Positions 1-10,928 are shown, numbered from the stretch's first letter. The stretch is DNA of 64,000 nt from a virus (IMGVR_UViG_3300025099_000016:1-64000); one strand, 5' to 3'. The notes: generated from the sequence alone by a model not told the origin. Numbers and translations: made by a program.

Positions 1-3000
1 TCCTGCCAACCCCATGCACTATACCAATCAGCACCTGATTCATTCAAACTGTTAGGAAGTACATGTGTAGTTTCTAGTTCAAAAGTCCCTTCACTAGCAT
101 CATATTGCATACCAGTAACATATAGGTTAGCCTCTATACTCACGTTACCATTATATGAGTTAGCAATCTCCATTCGCCATATAGAACGCTGTGATCCAGA
201 AGTGTTAACAGTTTGCTGTAATTTATTCTTTACATCATTATAATACGTGAGCTCAAGTGGATCTGTGACACCATCAGGACCTAAATTAAAGAATATTTTT
301 ATATTTCCACCCCATGGATTGTTTACATCTTGAGGCTCCATAACGTATACATGTACATCGTGGTAAGACTCAGCTGGTCTATAAGGAGCATCAAATGCGT
401 TGGAAACAGCAACTGTTGGTAACCAATGATCTTTCACTACACCTTCAGTCATTGTCCCGTCTGGTCTTTCAAACTTTAACTTATTACCTACTGTTAAAGG
501 TATAGGTTCTACTTCTCCTATTTCTCTACCAATACCAATCACGTCTCTAGATAAAGTGTTCACGAAAACATCACCACCATCAACGTTTAAATAATTACTA
601 TAAATTTGTTCGTAAACGCTCCCACTTCCTTCTACTATAGAAAAAGGTTTCACCTTAGAGTATAGAGGTATGTAATTCTCTATAGTATCATCTTTCAACT
701 TCATAGGTATAGCATCTGATACTTCATAGTATAAGTCTAGTCCTACATCTTCTTTTGGTTCAGTTTCCCATATAGCATTACCACCGTTGTTATTACTTGG
801 TGTGTATTGACTAACATCCGTTATATTAACGAGCTCCACTTCTAAACTACTACTACCATCATGTTTTACTGCACTTCTAGGGTCCCAAATACTAGTATCT
901 AAGCCTACATAAGCATTGTTCACCTGTCTAAACAATATAGTAAATGTCTTTCTATAACACATGTTGCCACTCCCTGGCCAACACGCCTCACAAGAACCAT
1001 CAAAATTAGTATCAAAACCATCCCTACCTCTATAATTCTTTAAAGGGTACTCAATAGGGCTGTAACCCATAACTTCGTAAACTATAGGTTCACCATTCAA
1101 CCCAGGGTCGGCCTTGAATCTAAATCTCTGCCCTATAGTCCTTATAGAATCCATAAACTCTTGCATGTTTGAATCAAGATTACCGACATTTAAATTACTA
1201 AGTTGTATAGCGTTTTTTCCAGATGGAGATACTACATCAATACTGTCTATATTGTTATCAAGACCACTTAGTGTCCAACCATCGTTAGATAGAATAATTA
1301 AATCGGTTGGGGGTAGACTAAATAAACCCCTTTTCGAACCCATGCTAACTCCATTAAATGTCTCGTAAGCATAACCAGCGTTATCTATAAACCATCCATT
1401 ACCGTACGCGGAACTACCTCGAGCCTCCACCCAAAAATCCCGTAATACATTATAATCATATGACTCATAAGCTGTACCAGTTTGATACATAGGACTTATT
1501 TCCATACAAGCCATTTCACTATCCCCCATATGAGTGTACTGTAAAGGAACGTTGTTATTTCCAGATGTAAACCCACTAAGATTCCACATATAATCAGTAT
1601 GGTCGTTAACACCGTTATTAGGTTCCGGGATGTTAACGGTAGAATAATCACCCTTATACGAAGCGCTACCATCTGCTGGATTTTGTTGAGCGTTTGGTAA
1701 AGTGTTACTAGTACATATATGTCTTAAGCTAGTGGAGTGAGATACAGTGTAAACAAGGTCATCATTAGAACCAGGTATAGTCACTTGTTCTTCCAGTAAG
1801 CTATCTTTAAATATTTTGACAAAGAATTTACCATTAAACTCTGGTTTGTCTTCTATAACTAAATCTTTCACTTCTATAAAGTAATCAACACTGGCGGAAG
1901 CCCCAAACCCATAATCAGAGTTCATATCCGCAGTGGTACCCCAAGGTTCCGCCACAGTAATCACACCTGCTTCAGTTATGTTAGACACTCTAACCCAATC
2001 AGAGTAAAGTATACTAGATGGTGTAGCACCTATTGATTCACCTTTTATTCTCGCCCAAGCAACACCTTCAAATTTTTTAAGCCCCGTACTGTAAGGTCCT
2101 AAGCCACTGGACATCCAGTTACCATCAGAAGCTACAGCTGACATAGATTGGCTCAACGCAATACCACCAACTAAACTATCCATAGGTGCTACAGCTATTG
2201 TCTTGTGGGTGGTTTTTATTGTTTGAGGTGCCTCGCTCTTTATAGCTAAAACTTTGTATTTAGCATCCTCACTAAGCACAGCGTCTCCTGTTTTATGAGA
2301 TTTCTTTAATATTAAATATGTTTGCTCATCTATTTTATTTCTATCCGCTGATGAAAAAGAGATCCACAGAGTACCATCCTCATTGTCGTACCACTTATCC
2401 ATTACTAAATTGTAATATTCGTTGGAAGTTTCTTTTATGTAAAACTTGTAATAATCCATCCACGCTTCTGGAGCATTACCGCTCTTCCATTTAACCTTAG
2501 CTTTTATTTTATTTACGTTAATTGATTTGTCTTTCTTTACTTCAAAACTTTCATTAACGTAGTTCTCCGGGCTTAACGTAGACTCGCTAGTTTCTCCATC
2601 TACTTGAAATGTGTTAAACACGCCCCCGACTCCTACAACAGGTGTTTCTCTACCATACTCGTCTCCAAAAACAACACCCAACTTATACTTCCTCATGGAT
2701 TTTATCGATCTATAAGGTGATAAAGCTTGTGACTCATCTTCGATACTTGGATGTGGAGTTGTTATTAACGATGTATCTACAATTACATCACTTAAAATAT
2801 CGTAACCCTGCTCATAGTTACCATACACTATTCTGTTACCCGTGACCTCTTGAGCTTTAGCTGTTTTAGGGACGTTATCCCAAGATCTTAATATCTGAGA
2901 CGACTCCAAAGTTCTGTGTATCATGTCAGTAGTAATACTGACAACTCCTTTACCACCGCTACCTTTATGACCGGAAGAAACACTTAATGTATTATGCCAC

Positions 3001-4679
3001 TCGAAGTTCTTGTTTCTCTTTATAGTTTTAACGATATATACATTAGGCGATGATGTGTCCTTAAAAAGTATATCTATTTCCTTTACATCATCTGGTCTTG
3101 CAGCATACTCATTAACGAAATCTACTATGGTGAGATTTCTTAAATTATTCTGCATACCTAAATTATACCCTCTCTTTGCTGTATAATCATATTTACCAGG
3201 TAAAAACGCTAACTCTGACCAAGGTGAAAAAACTGAACATTCACCATCGTAATACTTGTACCTATAAGCAAACCTACCTATCTTATCTTTAAATATAGAA
3301 TCTGATTGAACTAACTGCACGTCATACTCTAGATATTGACCACTTGTCGCAAAGTTTAATTCCTCACTTATGGATTCTATAGACAAGCTATGAATACCGC
3401 CGGAAATATTTGACGTAACCACAGCTCTAACAGAAACATACTTGTTTGTTATAGGTGTAAAAATTAACACAGAGCCTTCTACAAAATCATTAGAGATATA
3501 AATTGATGGTATAGTATCTTGCTCTTGAACCCCGGAGAAATCAAATGTGGATGTAGCTCGAGTATCAACACCATTTATAGAGGTGCTAGAGTTACTCATT
3601 ATAAGTTTAGGAGAGGTTGTTGGGGATTTTTTTATAACTGTTATGTGCTCTCTCTTAATTTTATTATCTACGAGTGAGTGAACACTGTTAGGGTCTTCTA
3701 TTTCAGACAGAGTTACTAAACTGTTTGGGTTGTCACTATGGGGATCCCTAAATAGATTTAATGAGTGTTTGTGATATTGAGGCATATTATCACCTGTACC
3801 GTTTATTAACCTATCTATGTTTACTCTCTTTGGTTCACTTCTACCGTCTGTCCAAAATAGTAAATCACCTATTATGTTTGCACTAGAGATTCTGTAATCA
3901 AGATCTTCTTTTATACCTTCAGCAAACTGTAGTACAGGTTCAGGATGTATAAATCGCCATTTAACAACTCTACTAGCTAATAAATCACCGTTAGCTAGTT
4001 TATGGTTTAAATACTTATCAAGGTTTAATGTATTATTAAATATCGATATAATTTTCACGTCAGACGAACTACCGTCATAAACATCAAATGCTTGTAATAA
4101 GTTATTCCCATTTTCATCGATAGCCTGAACTATCATACCAGCTCTCAAAGATTCCAAATTTGTAACTTCCGACGCTGAAGCTGATACTGTGTTGAATTTA
4201 TTGGAGATGTCCTGGAAATGATTAGCTGGTAATTCTACATAAAAAATATCAGTAAAAACAGGGAATATTTTTTTTACTACACTATCGTATCTAACTATAA
4301 GATCTCTTCCAATAACAGGTTCCTCAATAGTGCCTGCGTTGAATTCACCACTCAAATACTCTAAACTTGGTGCGGTTATAAAAAAGTAAGAAGAGTTTGT
4401 TTTGTTATCTGATACGTTACCAATAACTTTGCCTGGAAAAACATCTTCACCATAATGTATCAACTCACCTGATACATTGCTGTTGCTGCTATCTAATATT
4501 GAATGAGATGTAGGTATTTTAACATTTCCAGAAATAGGTTTTACAACACCCACGCTGCTACCGTCAGATGTTGTTATTTCAACATTTAAAGCATCTCTAT
4601 ATTCTCCTTGTGGTATTAATCTCTCGTCGAGATCTTTATTCATTTTACCACCTTGAAAAGTTCTTCTTATTCTAGCCAT
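1..4679 (-). CDS. Large tail/stabilization protein, runs off the left edge (3' partial)
   Basis: Not in the ORF track because it has no stop in the window. ATG at 4679 gives MARIRRTFQGGKMNKDLDERLIPQGEYRDALNVEI, an N-terminus typical of crAss-like/flavophage tail stabilization proteins. Frame spot-checked as open at both ends only. Confidence 0.75.
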   Translation of the reverse strand, partial: MARIRRTFQGGKMNKDLDERLIPQGEYRDALNVEITTSDGSSVGVVKPISGNVKIPTSHSILDSSNSNVSGELIHYGEDVFPGKVIGNVSDNKTNSSYFFITAPSLEYLSGEFNAGTIEEPVIGRDLIVRYDSVVKKIFPVFTDIFYVELPANHFQDISNKFNTVSASASEVTNLESLRAGMIVQAIDENGNNLLQAFDVYDGSSSDVKIISIFNNTLNLDKYLNHKLANGDLLASRVVKWRFIHPEPVLQFAEGIKEDLDYRISSANIIGDLLFWTDGRSEPKRVNIDRLINGTGDNMPQYHKHSLNLFRDPHSDNPNSLVTLSEIEDPNSVHSLVDNKIKREHITVIKKSPTTSPKLIMSNSSTSINGVDTRATSTFDFSGVQEQDTIPSIYISNDFVEGSVLIFTPITNKYVSVRAVVTSNISGGIHSLSIESISEELNFATSGQYLEYDVQLVQSDSIFKDKIGRFAYRYKYYDGECSVFSPWSELAFLPGKYDYTAKRGYNLGMQNNLRNLTIVDFVNEYAARPDDVKEIDILFKDTSSPNVYIVKTIKRNKNFEWHNTLSVSSGHKGSGGKGVVSITTDMIHRTLESSQILRSWDNVPKTAKAQEVTGNRIVYGNYEQGYDILSDVIVDTSLITTPHPSIEDESQALSPYRSIKSMRKYKLGVVFGDEYGRETPVVGVGGVFNTFQVDGETSESTLSPENYVNESFEVKKDKSINVNKIKAKVKWKSGNAPEAWMDYYKFYIKETSNEYYNLVMDKWYDNEDGTLWISFSSADRNKIDEQTYLILKKSHKTGDAVLSEDAKYKVLAIKSEAPQTIKTTHKTIAVAPMDSLVGGIALSQSMSAVASDGNWMSSGLGPYSTGLKKFEGVAWARIKGESIGATPSSILYSDWVRVSNITEAGVITVAEPWGTTADMNSDYGFGASASVDYFIEVKDLVIEDKPEFNGKFFVKIFKDSLLEEQVTIPGSNDDLVYTVSHSTSLRHICTSNTLPNAQQNPADGSASYKGDYSTVNIPEPNNGVNDHTDYMWNLSGFTSGNNNVPLQYTHMGDSEMACMEISPMYQTGTAYESYDYNVLRDFWVEARGSSAYGNGWFIDNAGYAYETFNGVSMGSKRGLFSLPPTDLIILSNDGWTLSGLDNNIDSIDVVSPSGKNAIQLSNLNVGNLDSNMQEFMDSIRTIGQRFRFKADPGLNGEPIVYEVMGYSPIEYPLKNYRGRDGFDTNFDGSCEACWPGSGNMCYRKTFTILFRQVNNAYVGLDTSIWDPRSAVKHDGSSSLEVELVNITDVSQYTPSNNNGGNAIWETEPKEDVGLDLYYEVSDAIPMKLKDDTIENYIPLYSKVKPFSIVEGSGSVYEQIYSNYLNVDGGDVFVNTLSRDVIGIGREIGEVEPIPLTVGNKLKFERPDGTMTEGVVKDHWLPTVAVSNAFDAPYRPAESYHDVHVYVMEPQDVNNPWGGNIKIFFNLGPDGVTDPLELTYYNDVKNKLQQTVNTSGSQRSIWRMEIANSYNGNVSIEANLYVTGMQYDASEGTFELETTHVLPNSLNESGADWYSAWGWQ

Positions 4680-4685
4680 AGAATT

Positions 4686-5579
4686 TTACTTAATAATTTT
4701 ACCAATACCTTTTAGCACCTGAGTGAACTCTTCCATCTTAATATTGGAAAGTCTTATTTTAGCTTTTCTAGTTTCAGCAAATTTCTCTTTCTTAAACCTC
4801 TGTATAACGTGCTCTGGCATATTTGATCTACTTGAAACCAAACCATACATTATATGTTTGTATACTGCTTCTTCACAAAATTTATGAACCACCATTTCAG
4901 AATCAGTACCTAAACCATCACTAATATATTTAAATATTATAGTCTCACCAGCTAAGTCAGATCCAAAATGTATGAATCCAGTAGAGTTATCTATGTAAAA
5001 CGTACCGTTGATCTGAGCATGTTGAGGGTCTAAACCGTATCTACGACCTTGGTAATGCTCATCAATTAAATCTCCATCGTCATAGTCGTAATCTACGTTA
5101 TTAGCTTCTATCGTCTTAAATCTGCTACGTGTGTCTGATTCGTGAGGATCCGAAGCTGTAGTGTCACTTTGGCTATCCAGACTATTATCATCAAAAACGT
5201 AAGCATCTCCACTCTGTTTTATAGGAAAAGGATTAGATGTTCTACCTGTGGGGTATAAAGGTTTCTCTATACCTTTAGAGTCTACCCTAACTATTTTAGT
5301 ATAGTTGACATAATCTTGAGGTAAAGGCATGACTAAAGTAGATGGAACTTCCTGCTCGAGAGCTTTGTGAGAACGTAGTACGTCGTATGACAACTCTTGT
5401 ATTGCACGCATACCGTGGAATTGAACGTCTGTCCTGCTAACTTTACTTAGTATTTTGTTTTCACCAACATATACTACCATAAAAGAGCTTATGATGTCAT
5501 CAAGTGATACAAATTGATAGTCACCTTTATTGACACCATTGTAATATTCGCTCTGTGTTACTCCGTTTAATAGTCCCAT
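4686..5579 (-). CDS. Tail ring / head-tail adaptor protein
   Basis: 297-aa ORF in the structural operon downstream of the capsid gene; resembles ring proteins of Bacteroidota phages. Confidence 0.6.
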   Translation of the reverse strand: MGLLNGVTQSEYYNGVNKGDYQFVSLDDIISSFMVVYVGENKILSKVSRTDVQFHGMRAIQELSYDVLRSHKALEQEVPSTLVMPLPQDYVNYTKIVRVDSKGIEKPLYPTGRTSNPFPIKQSGDAYVFDDNSLDSQSDTTASDPHESDTRSRFKTIEANNVDYDYDDGDLIDEHYQGRRYGLDPQHAQINGTFYIDNSTGFIHFGSDLAGETIIFKYISDGLGTDSEMVVHKFCEEAVYKHIMYGLVSSRSNMPEHVIQRFKKEKFAETRKAKIRLSNIKMEEFTQVLKGIGKIIK

Positions 5580-5581
5580 AA

Positions 5582-6706
5582 TTATTTATTTTCTTGTGCT
5601 TTCCTAACAGCCTCATTTCTAAGCATCGATTCAGATAGAGTAGGGTCTTTAATAATAATACCAGCCAATTCTAGTATTTTGTTGGTTAATGTACTTTCCT
5701 CAGAGGCATGTAAATCAAAGTCTGTAGAGGTGTTTGCGTTGTATAAAGCTTTATTTGCAACCACAACGTAACCCCAATTTGGTGTTTCTGGTTTTTTAAT
5801 ATAATCGCATGATATAGTTGTAGTAGGTGTAGGATAAAGTAGAATCGAAGACTGAGTGTTTCTGCTGTAAACCGGTCTTGTAGACGTTGGTTTAATTTTT
5901 GAAGCACTCGTAACATATAACCAGTCCTCTCTATTTATCTCTTCGTAGACAGCCATGCTGGTAGCATCTTCAGTAGAAATTGTTGGAGTTGGATTGCCAC
6001 CTATCCAGTTATTAACTGTTTCTACATGTGTAGATTGTAACTCTGTTTTATAAGTTACTGTTACTTCACTTGTTACACTATTAAACGATGCAGTGTGGAA
6101 TGGTGAGTTGTTGTTTATAGCTTTAGTGATAGCCTCAGCAACACTGCTCGATGAAGCGGTTGTGGGTAGGGATAACACCGTACCTCCATTGAAGTCTGAT
6201 GTTAAATCAGAGTGAATATTCTCACCATCGCGATACAAGAATATTATCCAAGTATTTTCATGTTCATAACCCATACCCGCAGGATAAACCCCTTTTAGCC
6301 TTATCTGAGTAGCGTCTGTTTTTGCGCTTGGGTTAGAGGTTATATTATTACCAGCTTTTGGTGTGAACTTAACTGTTCTAACTGCATCGGTAGAGTCCTT
6401 GTACACGTTTTCTAACCAGTGAATGTTACCACCACCACCACCTAAAGTACCGTTAACAGCTACTGCACTACCTATAACTCTATGGATAGCTATTTTTTCT
6501 TTTAGCATATCCAAGTCATCTGTTACCACGTTTTTTCTACCAGCATTAATTAGAGCGGCTTGGTATTCGTGAAAATACATTTCAAAAATATCGTTTTGAG
6601 CTTTATCAGCTAGCAGGTTAAACTCTTGAGGAGTTATATAACCTCTCTGATCTTTATTAGCTATAGCTAAAACTTTTTGATAAACATTATTTATTGACAC
6701 AGCCAT
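5582..6706 (-). CDS. Tail tubular / ring protein with a central low-complexity insertion
   Basis: 374 aa; N-terminus MAVSINNVYQKVLAIANKDQRGYITPQEFN and C-terminus YIKKPETPNWGY...FDLHASEE are typical of ring proteins. Confidence 0.6.
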   Translation of the reverse strand: MAVSINNVYQKVLAIANKDQRGYITPQEFNLLADKAQNDIFEMYFHEYQAALINAGRKNVVTDDLDMLKEKIAIHRVIGSAVAVNGTLGGGGGNIHWLENVYKDSTDAVRTVKFTPKAGNNITSNPSAKTDATQIRLKGVYPAGMGYEHENTWIIFLYRDGENIHSDLTSDFNGGTVLSLPTTASSSSVAEAITKAINNNSPFHTASFNSVTSEVTVTYKTELQSTHVETVNNWIGGNPTPTISTEDATSMAVYEEINREDWLYVTSASKIKPTSTRPVYSRNTQSSILLYPTPTTTISCDYIKKPETPNWGYVVVANKALYNANTSTDFDLHASEESTLTNKILELAGIIIKDPTLSESMLRNEAVRKAQENK

Positions 6707-6707
6707 A

Positions 6708-6869
6708 TTAATCTTCTTTATAAGGGAATTGTTTGTTTAACCAAGCTTTTCTCTTGTTACACCCACAATCTTTTTTACCAACAAAACTAGTGGCTAAATG
6801 AGCTAAAGTTTTAATTCCAGTAAACTTTGTAAATTTTTCTATTGAGTCTCCTAATCCTTTTGATTTCAT
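6708..6869 (-). CDS. Small hypothetical protein (53 aa, DCGC motif)
   Basis: Translated by hand: MKSKGLGDSIEKFTKFTGIKTLAHLATSFVGKKDCGCNKRKAWLNKQFPYKED. Confidence 0.6.
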   Translation of the reverse strand: MKSKGLGDSIEKFTKFTGIKTLAHLATSFVGKKDCGCNKRKAWLNKQFPYKED

Positions 6870-6926
6870 AACATTCTTTTTTACTTTAATATAGTTACAT
6901 AGTATAGCGAGGAGTTAGTATAGGGT

Positions 6927-6958
6927 AAAAAAAATAGCCACCCGAAAGGATGGCTATT
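6927..6958 (-). terminator. Intrinsic terminator
   Basis: Minus strand ATAGCCATCC-TTTC-GGGTGGCTAT followed by a T run. Confidence 0.8.
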
Positions 6959-6978
6959 AATGTTTATTACTAAGCTAG

Positions 6979-7731
6979 TTACGATGCGTAATTAATAGAG
7001 CAACCAATAATACCTAAGCCAAATTGATCAACTATAGGTAGAGATGGTGAGTTAGCTACATCAGTAATAGTAATCAATTGACCACCATGAGGATGTGCAT
7101 TACAAGCCGCTTCTATCATTTTACATACGTCTTTATATTTACCAGCGTCATGTATTAACACCACGTTGTCATCTACTTGAGTACCTAATGCAGACTTAAA
7201 CGATATTCTAGTATTAGTATCACTAAGTGGGTCAATACCTGTAAGACCGGTAGTAGGTACTACTAGTCCATCGTGTTGATGTCCACTACCAGTCCCTACA
7301 TTATAATAAGCCCATACTTCAACAATGTCTCCAGCAGCCAAAGTATAACCATCGTTTCCAGTTCCATTATAAGCTTCTATAGTAATAATACCATTAGTAT
7401 CACCAATAGCATAACCACCAGTGATTAACTCTGTAGCTTCTCCAGCTGCAGCAGTTCCTTCTCCAGTTACATCATTAAAAACCGCTCCAGTATAATAGTC
7501 ATATTGATTTGCCGATGTATAAGCAGAGCCTCGGGTACCAGCATTACCAGCCGCTGTAACTACAACTTTAACATCTGTACCATCTGTACCTAATAAGGCA
7601 AATTCACCAAAGTTAAGTGCAGCTGCATTAGTCGCTGTGTCAGCTTTTGCAAGTTGAACTGTTTGGTCAGCACCTTGAGTTATCTTAGTATAACGATAAC
7701 CCATAAATCTTAAATAATTTGTTTTATTCAT
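6979..7731 (-). CDS. Virion accessory (decoration-like) protein
   Basis: 250 aa, Gly/Thr/Ala-rich; C-terminal part resembles the two upstream small ORFs. Confidence 0.5.
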   Translation of the reverse strand: MNKTNYLRFMGYRYTKITQGADQTVQLAKADTATNAAALNFGEFALLGTDGTDVKVVVTAAGNAGTRGSAYTSANQYDYYTGAVFNDVTGEGTAAAGEATELITGGYAIGDTNGIITIEAYNGTGNDGYTLAAGDIVEVWAYYNVGTGSGHQHDGLVVPTTGLTGIDPLSDTNTRISFKSALGTQVDDNVVLIHDAGKYKDVCKMIEAACNAHPHGGQLITITDVANSPSLPIVDQFGLGIIGCSINYAS

Positions 7732-7750
7732 CTTTTTGTTTTTTTACAGG

Positions 7751-8107
7751 TTATACTTCACTATTTATAACTACGTCTGAAATTAAAGAACTAGCATTAG
7801 GTATATCAGTTTGAAATCCATTATAGATGTTTACGAAACCATCAGATGCAGTGGAATTTATAGCTGAAACTAGATCATCACATAATTCTTTATATTTACC
7901 AGAAGTATGTGTAAACACTATAGTACCTCTTGTAGTACCAGTGTTAGCAAGTCCTTTAAAAAATAAAGTTGTTGTAGTTAAACCTGGAGTTAAAAGATTA
8001 CCAGGTACTATACTCAGCACGCTTGATGCTGGTATCATTACACACTCACTTGAATTGTTTGGTTCATCAGCAGGTCTGCTGATGAATAAATAATTTTCTC
8101 CTTTCAT
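7751..8107 (-). CDS. Virion accessory protein (paralog set)
   Basis: 118-aa ORF in the capsid operon. Confidence 0.5.
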   Translation of the reverse strand: MKGENYLFISRPADEPNNSSECVMIPASSVLSIVPGNLLTPGLTTTTLFFKGLANTGTTRGTIVFTHTSGKYKELCDDLVSAINSTASDGFVNIYNGFQTDIPNASSLISDVVINSEV

Positions 8108-8117
8108 AGTTTTATTT

Positions 8118-8471
8118 TTAAGCTGCTGTTGTTATTGCTATCCCTGAAACATGAGGATATATACTATCTGGTAAAGATCCATTATTACCAACGAAATCAC
8201 TGTGACACACTAACATACCACCATTAGTTCTAGTTAGAGCTGAAGCTAATGCTTTCATATAATCTCTAACCACACCTTCTGAGTTTAATGTTACTGCTAC
8301 AGTATCGTCTGTTAACGCACCATTTCTAGATTTAAAAGACAACGTAATAACATTGTCAGCTGTAAGGTCAGCACCTAAAAAATCCGAAGACTTGTACATT
8401 GCACCATCTCCAGTAGCGTTCGCTGCATCTGTTTGTTCGTTAAAGAACAGAAAATTTTCTCTGTAAGACAT
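8118..8471 (-). CDS. Virion accessory protein (paralog set)
   Basis: 117-aa ORF in the capsid operon. Confidence 0.5.
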   Translation of the reverse strand: MSYRENFLFFNEQTDAANATGDGAMYKSSDFLGADLTADNVITLSFKSRNGALTDDTVAVTLNSEGVVRDYMKALASALTRTNGGMLVCHSDFVGNNGSLPDSIYPHVSGIAITTAA

Positions 8472-8568
8472 TTGTTTTTTGTTTAATAATTAATAAATAA
8501 TTGTTTGTGAATTAAGGTTTAAAGTTTAAGGGTTAGGGTTTGCGCTTATTTAGTATTAAAAGAAACGG

Positions 8569-9414
8569 TTATGATAACCGCTTCTCTATATTAGTGTATA
8601 CTTCCATACCTTCATCAGTTTTAAACCACTGTGCAAGCGCGGAGTATGGGTGTTCGTCAAACGGAACTGTCATAAGTTTTCTATCGTTAGATCCCCACAT
8701 AAAGTGTCTTTGATCTGATGATAACTTTATAATGTTTAGTTCAGTCGCTTTAATACCAAAGTTCCTTAGTTGCACGTTATCGTCATTAACTAACTCTAAG
8801 AACAATTCAGGGTTTCTTTTAGCATATAATAATAAATCTCGTTTAAGTTCCTTAGAACTCATCTCAGATACCTTAGAGCCTAACTCAACACGCATAACAG
8901 CTTCAGCCATATCTATGTCTAGATTTTGAGCAGCGTTTAAAGCCTCAATCTCTAGTTCAATCAAAGCTACTTCGTTAGCTGCTTGTACTATAGGTTTATC
9001 CTCTTCGTATATAACATCTTTCATTGGGTGATAAAGAGATAATAACTTCTGTAGAACGGTTTTATTTTTAGGAACTACTAATGTTCCGTTTCTAAATATA
9101 ATATGTTCCAATCTTTGGTCACCAACCATCTCATCTACAAAGCATGTCCTTTGATTAGAGCAATACTTCAATTCTCTTTCGTAACCTTTTTCTTCATCAA
9201 AGTAATAAATATTACTACCTTTTATAAGACTAGATAGAGGTGTCTTACCTTTTAAGTGATAAACTCTATCTTTAATCTCCCATTTAGGAGTTTTAGGTTT
9301 TTTAGGAACTTCTACTTTAGGTGTTTCAACAATAGGTTGCTCCATTACTTCAATCACCTCTTGTTCTACTACAGTTTCTTTCACTGCAGCTTTCTTTGTT
9401 TGCTTTTTAGCCAT
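8569..9414 (-). CDS. Conserved hypothetical protein downstream of the major capsid gene
   Basis: 281-aa ORF with a K/E/P-rich N-terminal extension. Confidence 0.6.
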   Translation of the reverse strand: MAKKQTKKAAVKETVVEQEVIEVMEQPIVETPKVEVPKKPKTPKWEIKDRVYHLKGKTPLSSLIKGSNIYYFDEEKGYERELKYCSNQRTCFVDEMVGDQRLEHIIFRNGTLVVPKNKTVLQKLLSLYHPMKDVIYEEDKPIVQAANEVALIELEIEALNAAQNLDIDMAEAVMRVELGSKVSEMSSKELKRDLLLYAKRNPELFLELVNDDNVQLRNFGIKATELNIIKLSSDQRHFMWGSNDRKLMTVPFDEHPYSALAQWFKTDEGMEVYTNIEKRLS

Positions 9415-9434
9415 AATATAATATAATAAAAATT

Positions 9435-9468
9435 AAAAAAATAAGACCGAGGCCGAAGCCTCGATCTA
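9435..9468 (-). terminator. Intrinsic terminator after the major capsid gene
   Basis: Minus strand GATCGAGGC-TTCG-GCCTCGGTC followed by TTATTTTTTT; UUCG loop. Confidence 0.85.
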
Positions 9469-9476
9469 TATATTGC

Positions 9477-10928
9477 TTAGTTTAATAAGCAGAAGTTGTT
9501 AGCTCCTTGTACTACTAAACATCTCTCTGATAGGAAGTGCATTTCCATCGCATCTAAATCCGATGTAACAGCTCCAACAGAACCAGTAGTCCAAGTTTTC
9601 ATTTTACGAGATTCAGTCTTAGAAGCTCTGTAACGAACGTGTAAAAACGGACGCTTAAGATTCTTACCTAAGTTTTCATCGTAAACAGATGATACACCAG
9701 CTGGAACAACAACACCGCGAATAGCGCCTGCTGCGTTTCTAGCGTTAATACCACCACGAGTAGCCAGATCATTTAAGTATTTCCAGTCAGATTTGTAGAA
9801 GTCGTAAGAACCTCTTCTGAAACCAGAGAAACCTAAATTTAAAGCCATATCTTCGTCGTTGTCAAATACTCCGTAAGAAGTACCACCAGCTCCGTAAGAA
9901 TTCATAGAAGCAAGCATGTCATCCATAGCAAGAGCAGTAGCTCTGTTAACGAACATCATGTTCTCTTCAATAGCACCTTGCTTGTCGAACTCTGCTAATA
10001 AAGCATCAAATTCAGCTAAGTCAGTTGATGCGTTAACACCAGAGATACCAGTAGAAGTATTACCTCTAGCTTCTAAAGCTGCGAATAAACCTTCAGTACC
10101 TTGTAAATCATTCGCGTCGTTGGCACTACCAAAAATGATTGATGTAGTGTGAGCTTTTTCAGCTTCAACCATAGACATTTCACAATAATCTGAGAAACGA
10201 GATCTAGTATCGCCTTCAGCTTTTAAATACCAGTAATACCCGTTTTGACCGTCTTCACCAGAAACTTCAACCCAACCAATTTGAGCAGCGTCAGACCCAG
10301 AGATCTCATACTTATCTTTAAGGATTATAGGTTTGTTAGTAAATCTAGTGAAAGAAGGTTTGTTAGCACCAGCTCTACCTTCAGTACCTTTCTTATATTC
10401 AGAACCGTAAACCAATACTGTAACAGCATCGTCTGTTCCAAAACCAGCATCATCTAAGTGTTCTGCACCGTAAGGTATAGCTGTAATACAGTCTGTTGCA
10501 GTAGCACTTTGTGCACCAGTTGCTAAAACCGAATTAATTTGAGATACATAACACTTCTTAGTTAAAGCTGCAGATGCTACTATAATAGTATCACCAACTC
10601 TAACACCGTGAGTGGTACCAACATCTTTACCGTCAATATCTGTATCTAATTGAATTGTACTTACCGTGTGAGTACCAACAGAACCTTTGTACGATAAGTG
10701 TAATCTACCTTGCTCTGACCAAACAACTTGATCAGCAGCCATTGCTTCTTCAGCACCTACTTGAGCTAAGAAACCTGAGATAGTTCTCTTTCCGAAAACC
10801 TCAGCTTCTTTCTCCATTAAGTCTGGTAGGTACTGTTGTGCCCAACCACTTGAGAAGTCTAAATAATTGTCAGCTAATACTTGCTGAACTGCCCCAGCTC
10901 TCGACTGAGGCGCACCTGTTACTGCCAT
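9477..10928 (-). CDS. Major capsid protein
   Basis: 483 aa directly after the scaffold and portal genes and followed by a terminator; sequence style of Bacteroidota phage capsid proteins (FRRGSYDFYK, LSERCLVVQGANNF). Confidence 0.85.
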   Translation of the reverse strand: MAVTGAPQSRAGAVQQVLADNYLDFSSGWAQQYLPDLMEKEAEVFGKRTISGFLAQVGAEEAMAADQVVWSEQGRLHLSYKGSVGTHTVSTIQLDTDIDGKDVGTTHGVRVGDTIIVASAALTKKCYVSQINSVLATGAQSATATDCITAIPYGAEHLDDAGFGTDDAVTVLVYGSEYKKGTEGRAGANKPSFTRFTNKPIILKDKYEISGSDAAQIGWVEVSGEDGQNGYYWYLKAEGDTRSRFSDYCEMSMVEAEKAHTTSIIFGSANDANDLQGTEGLFAALEARGNTSTGISGVNASTDLAEFDALLAEFDKQGAIEENMMFVNRATALAMDDMLASMNSYGAGGTSYGVFDNDEDMALNLGFSGFRRGSYDFYKSDWKYLNDLATRGGINARNAAGAIRGVVVPAGVSSVYDENLGKNLKRPFLHVRYRASKTESRKMKTWTTGSVGAVTSDLDAMEMHFLSERCLVVQGANNFCLLN

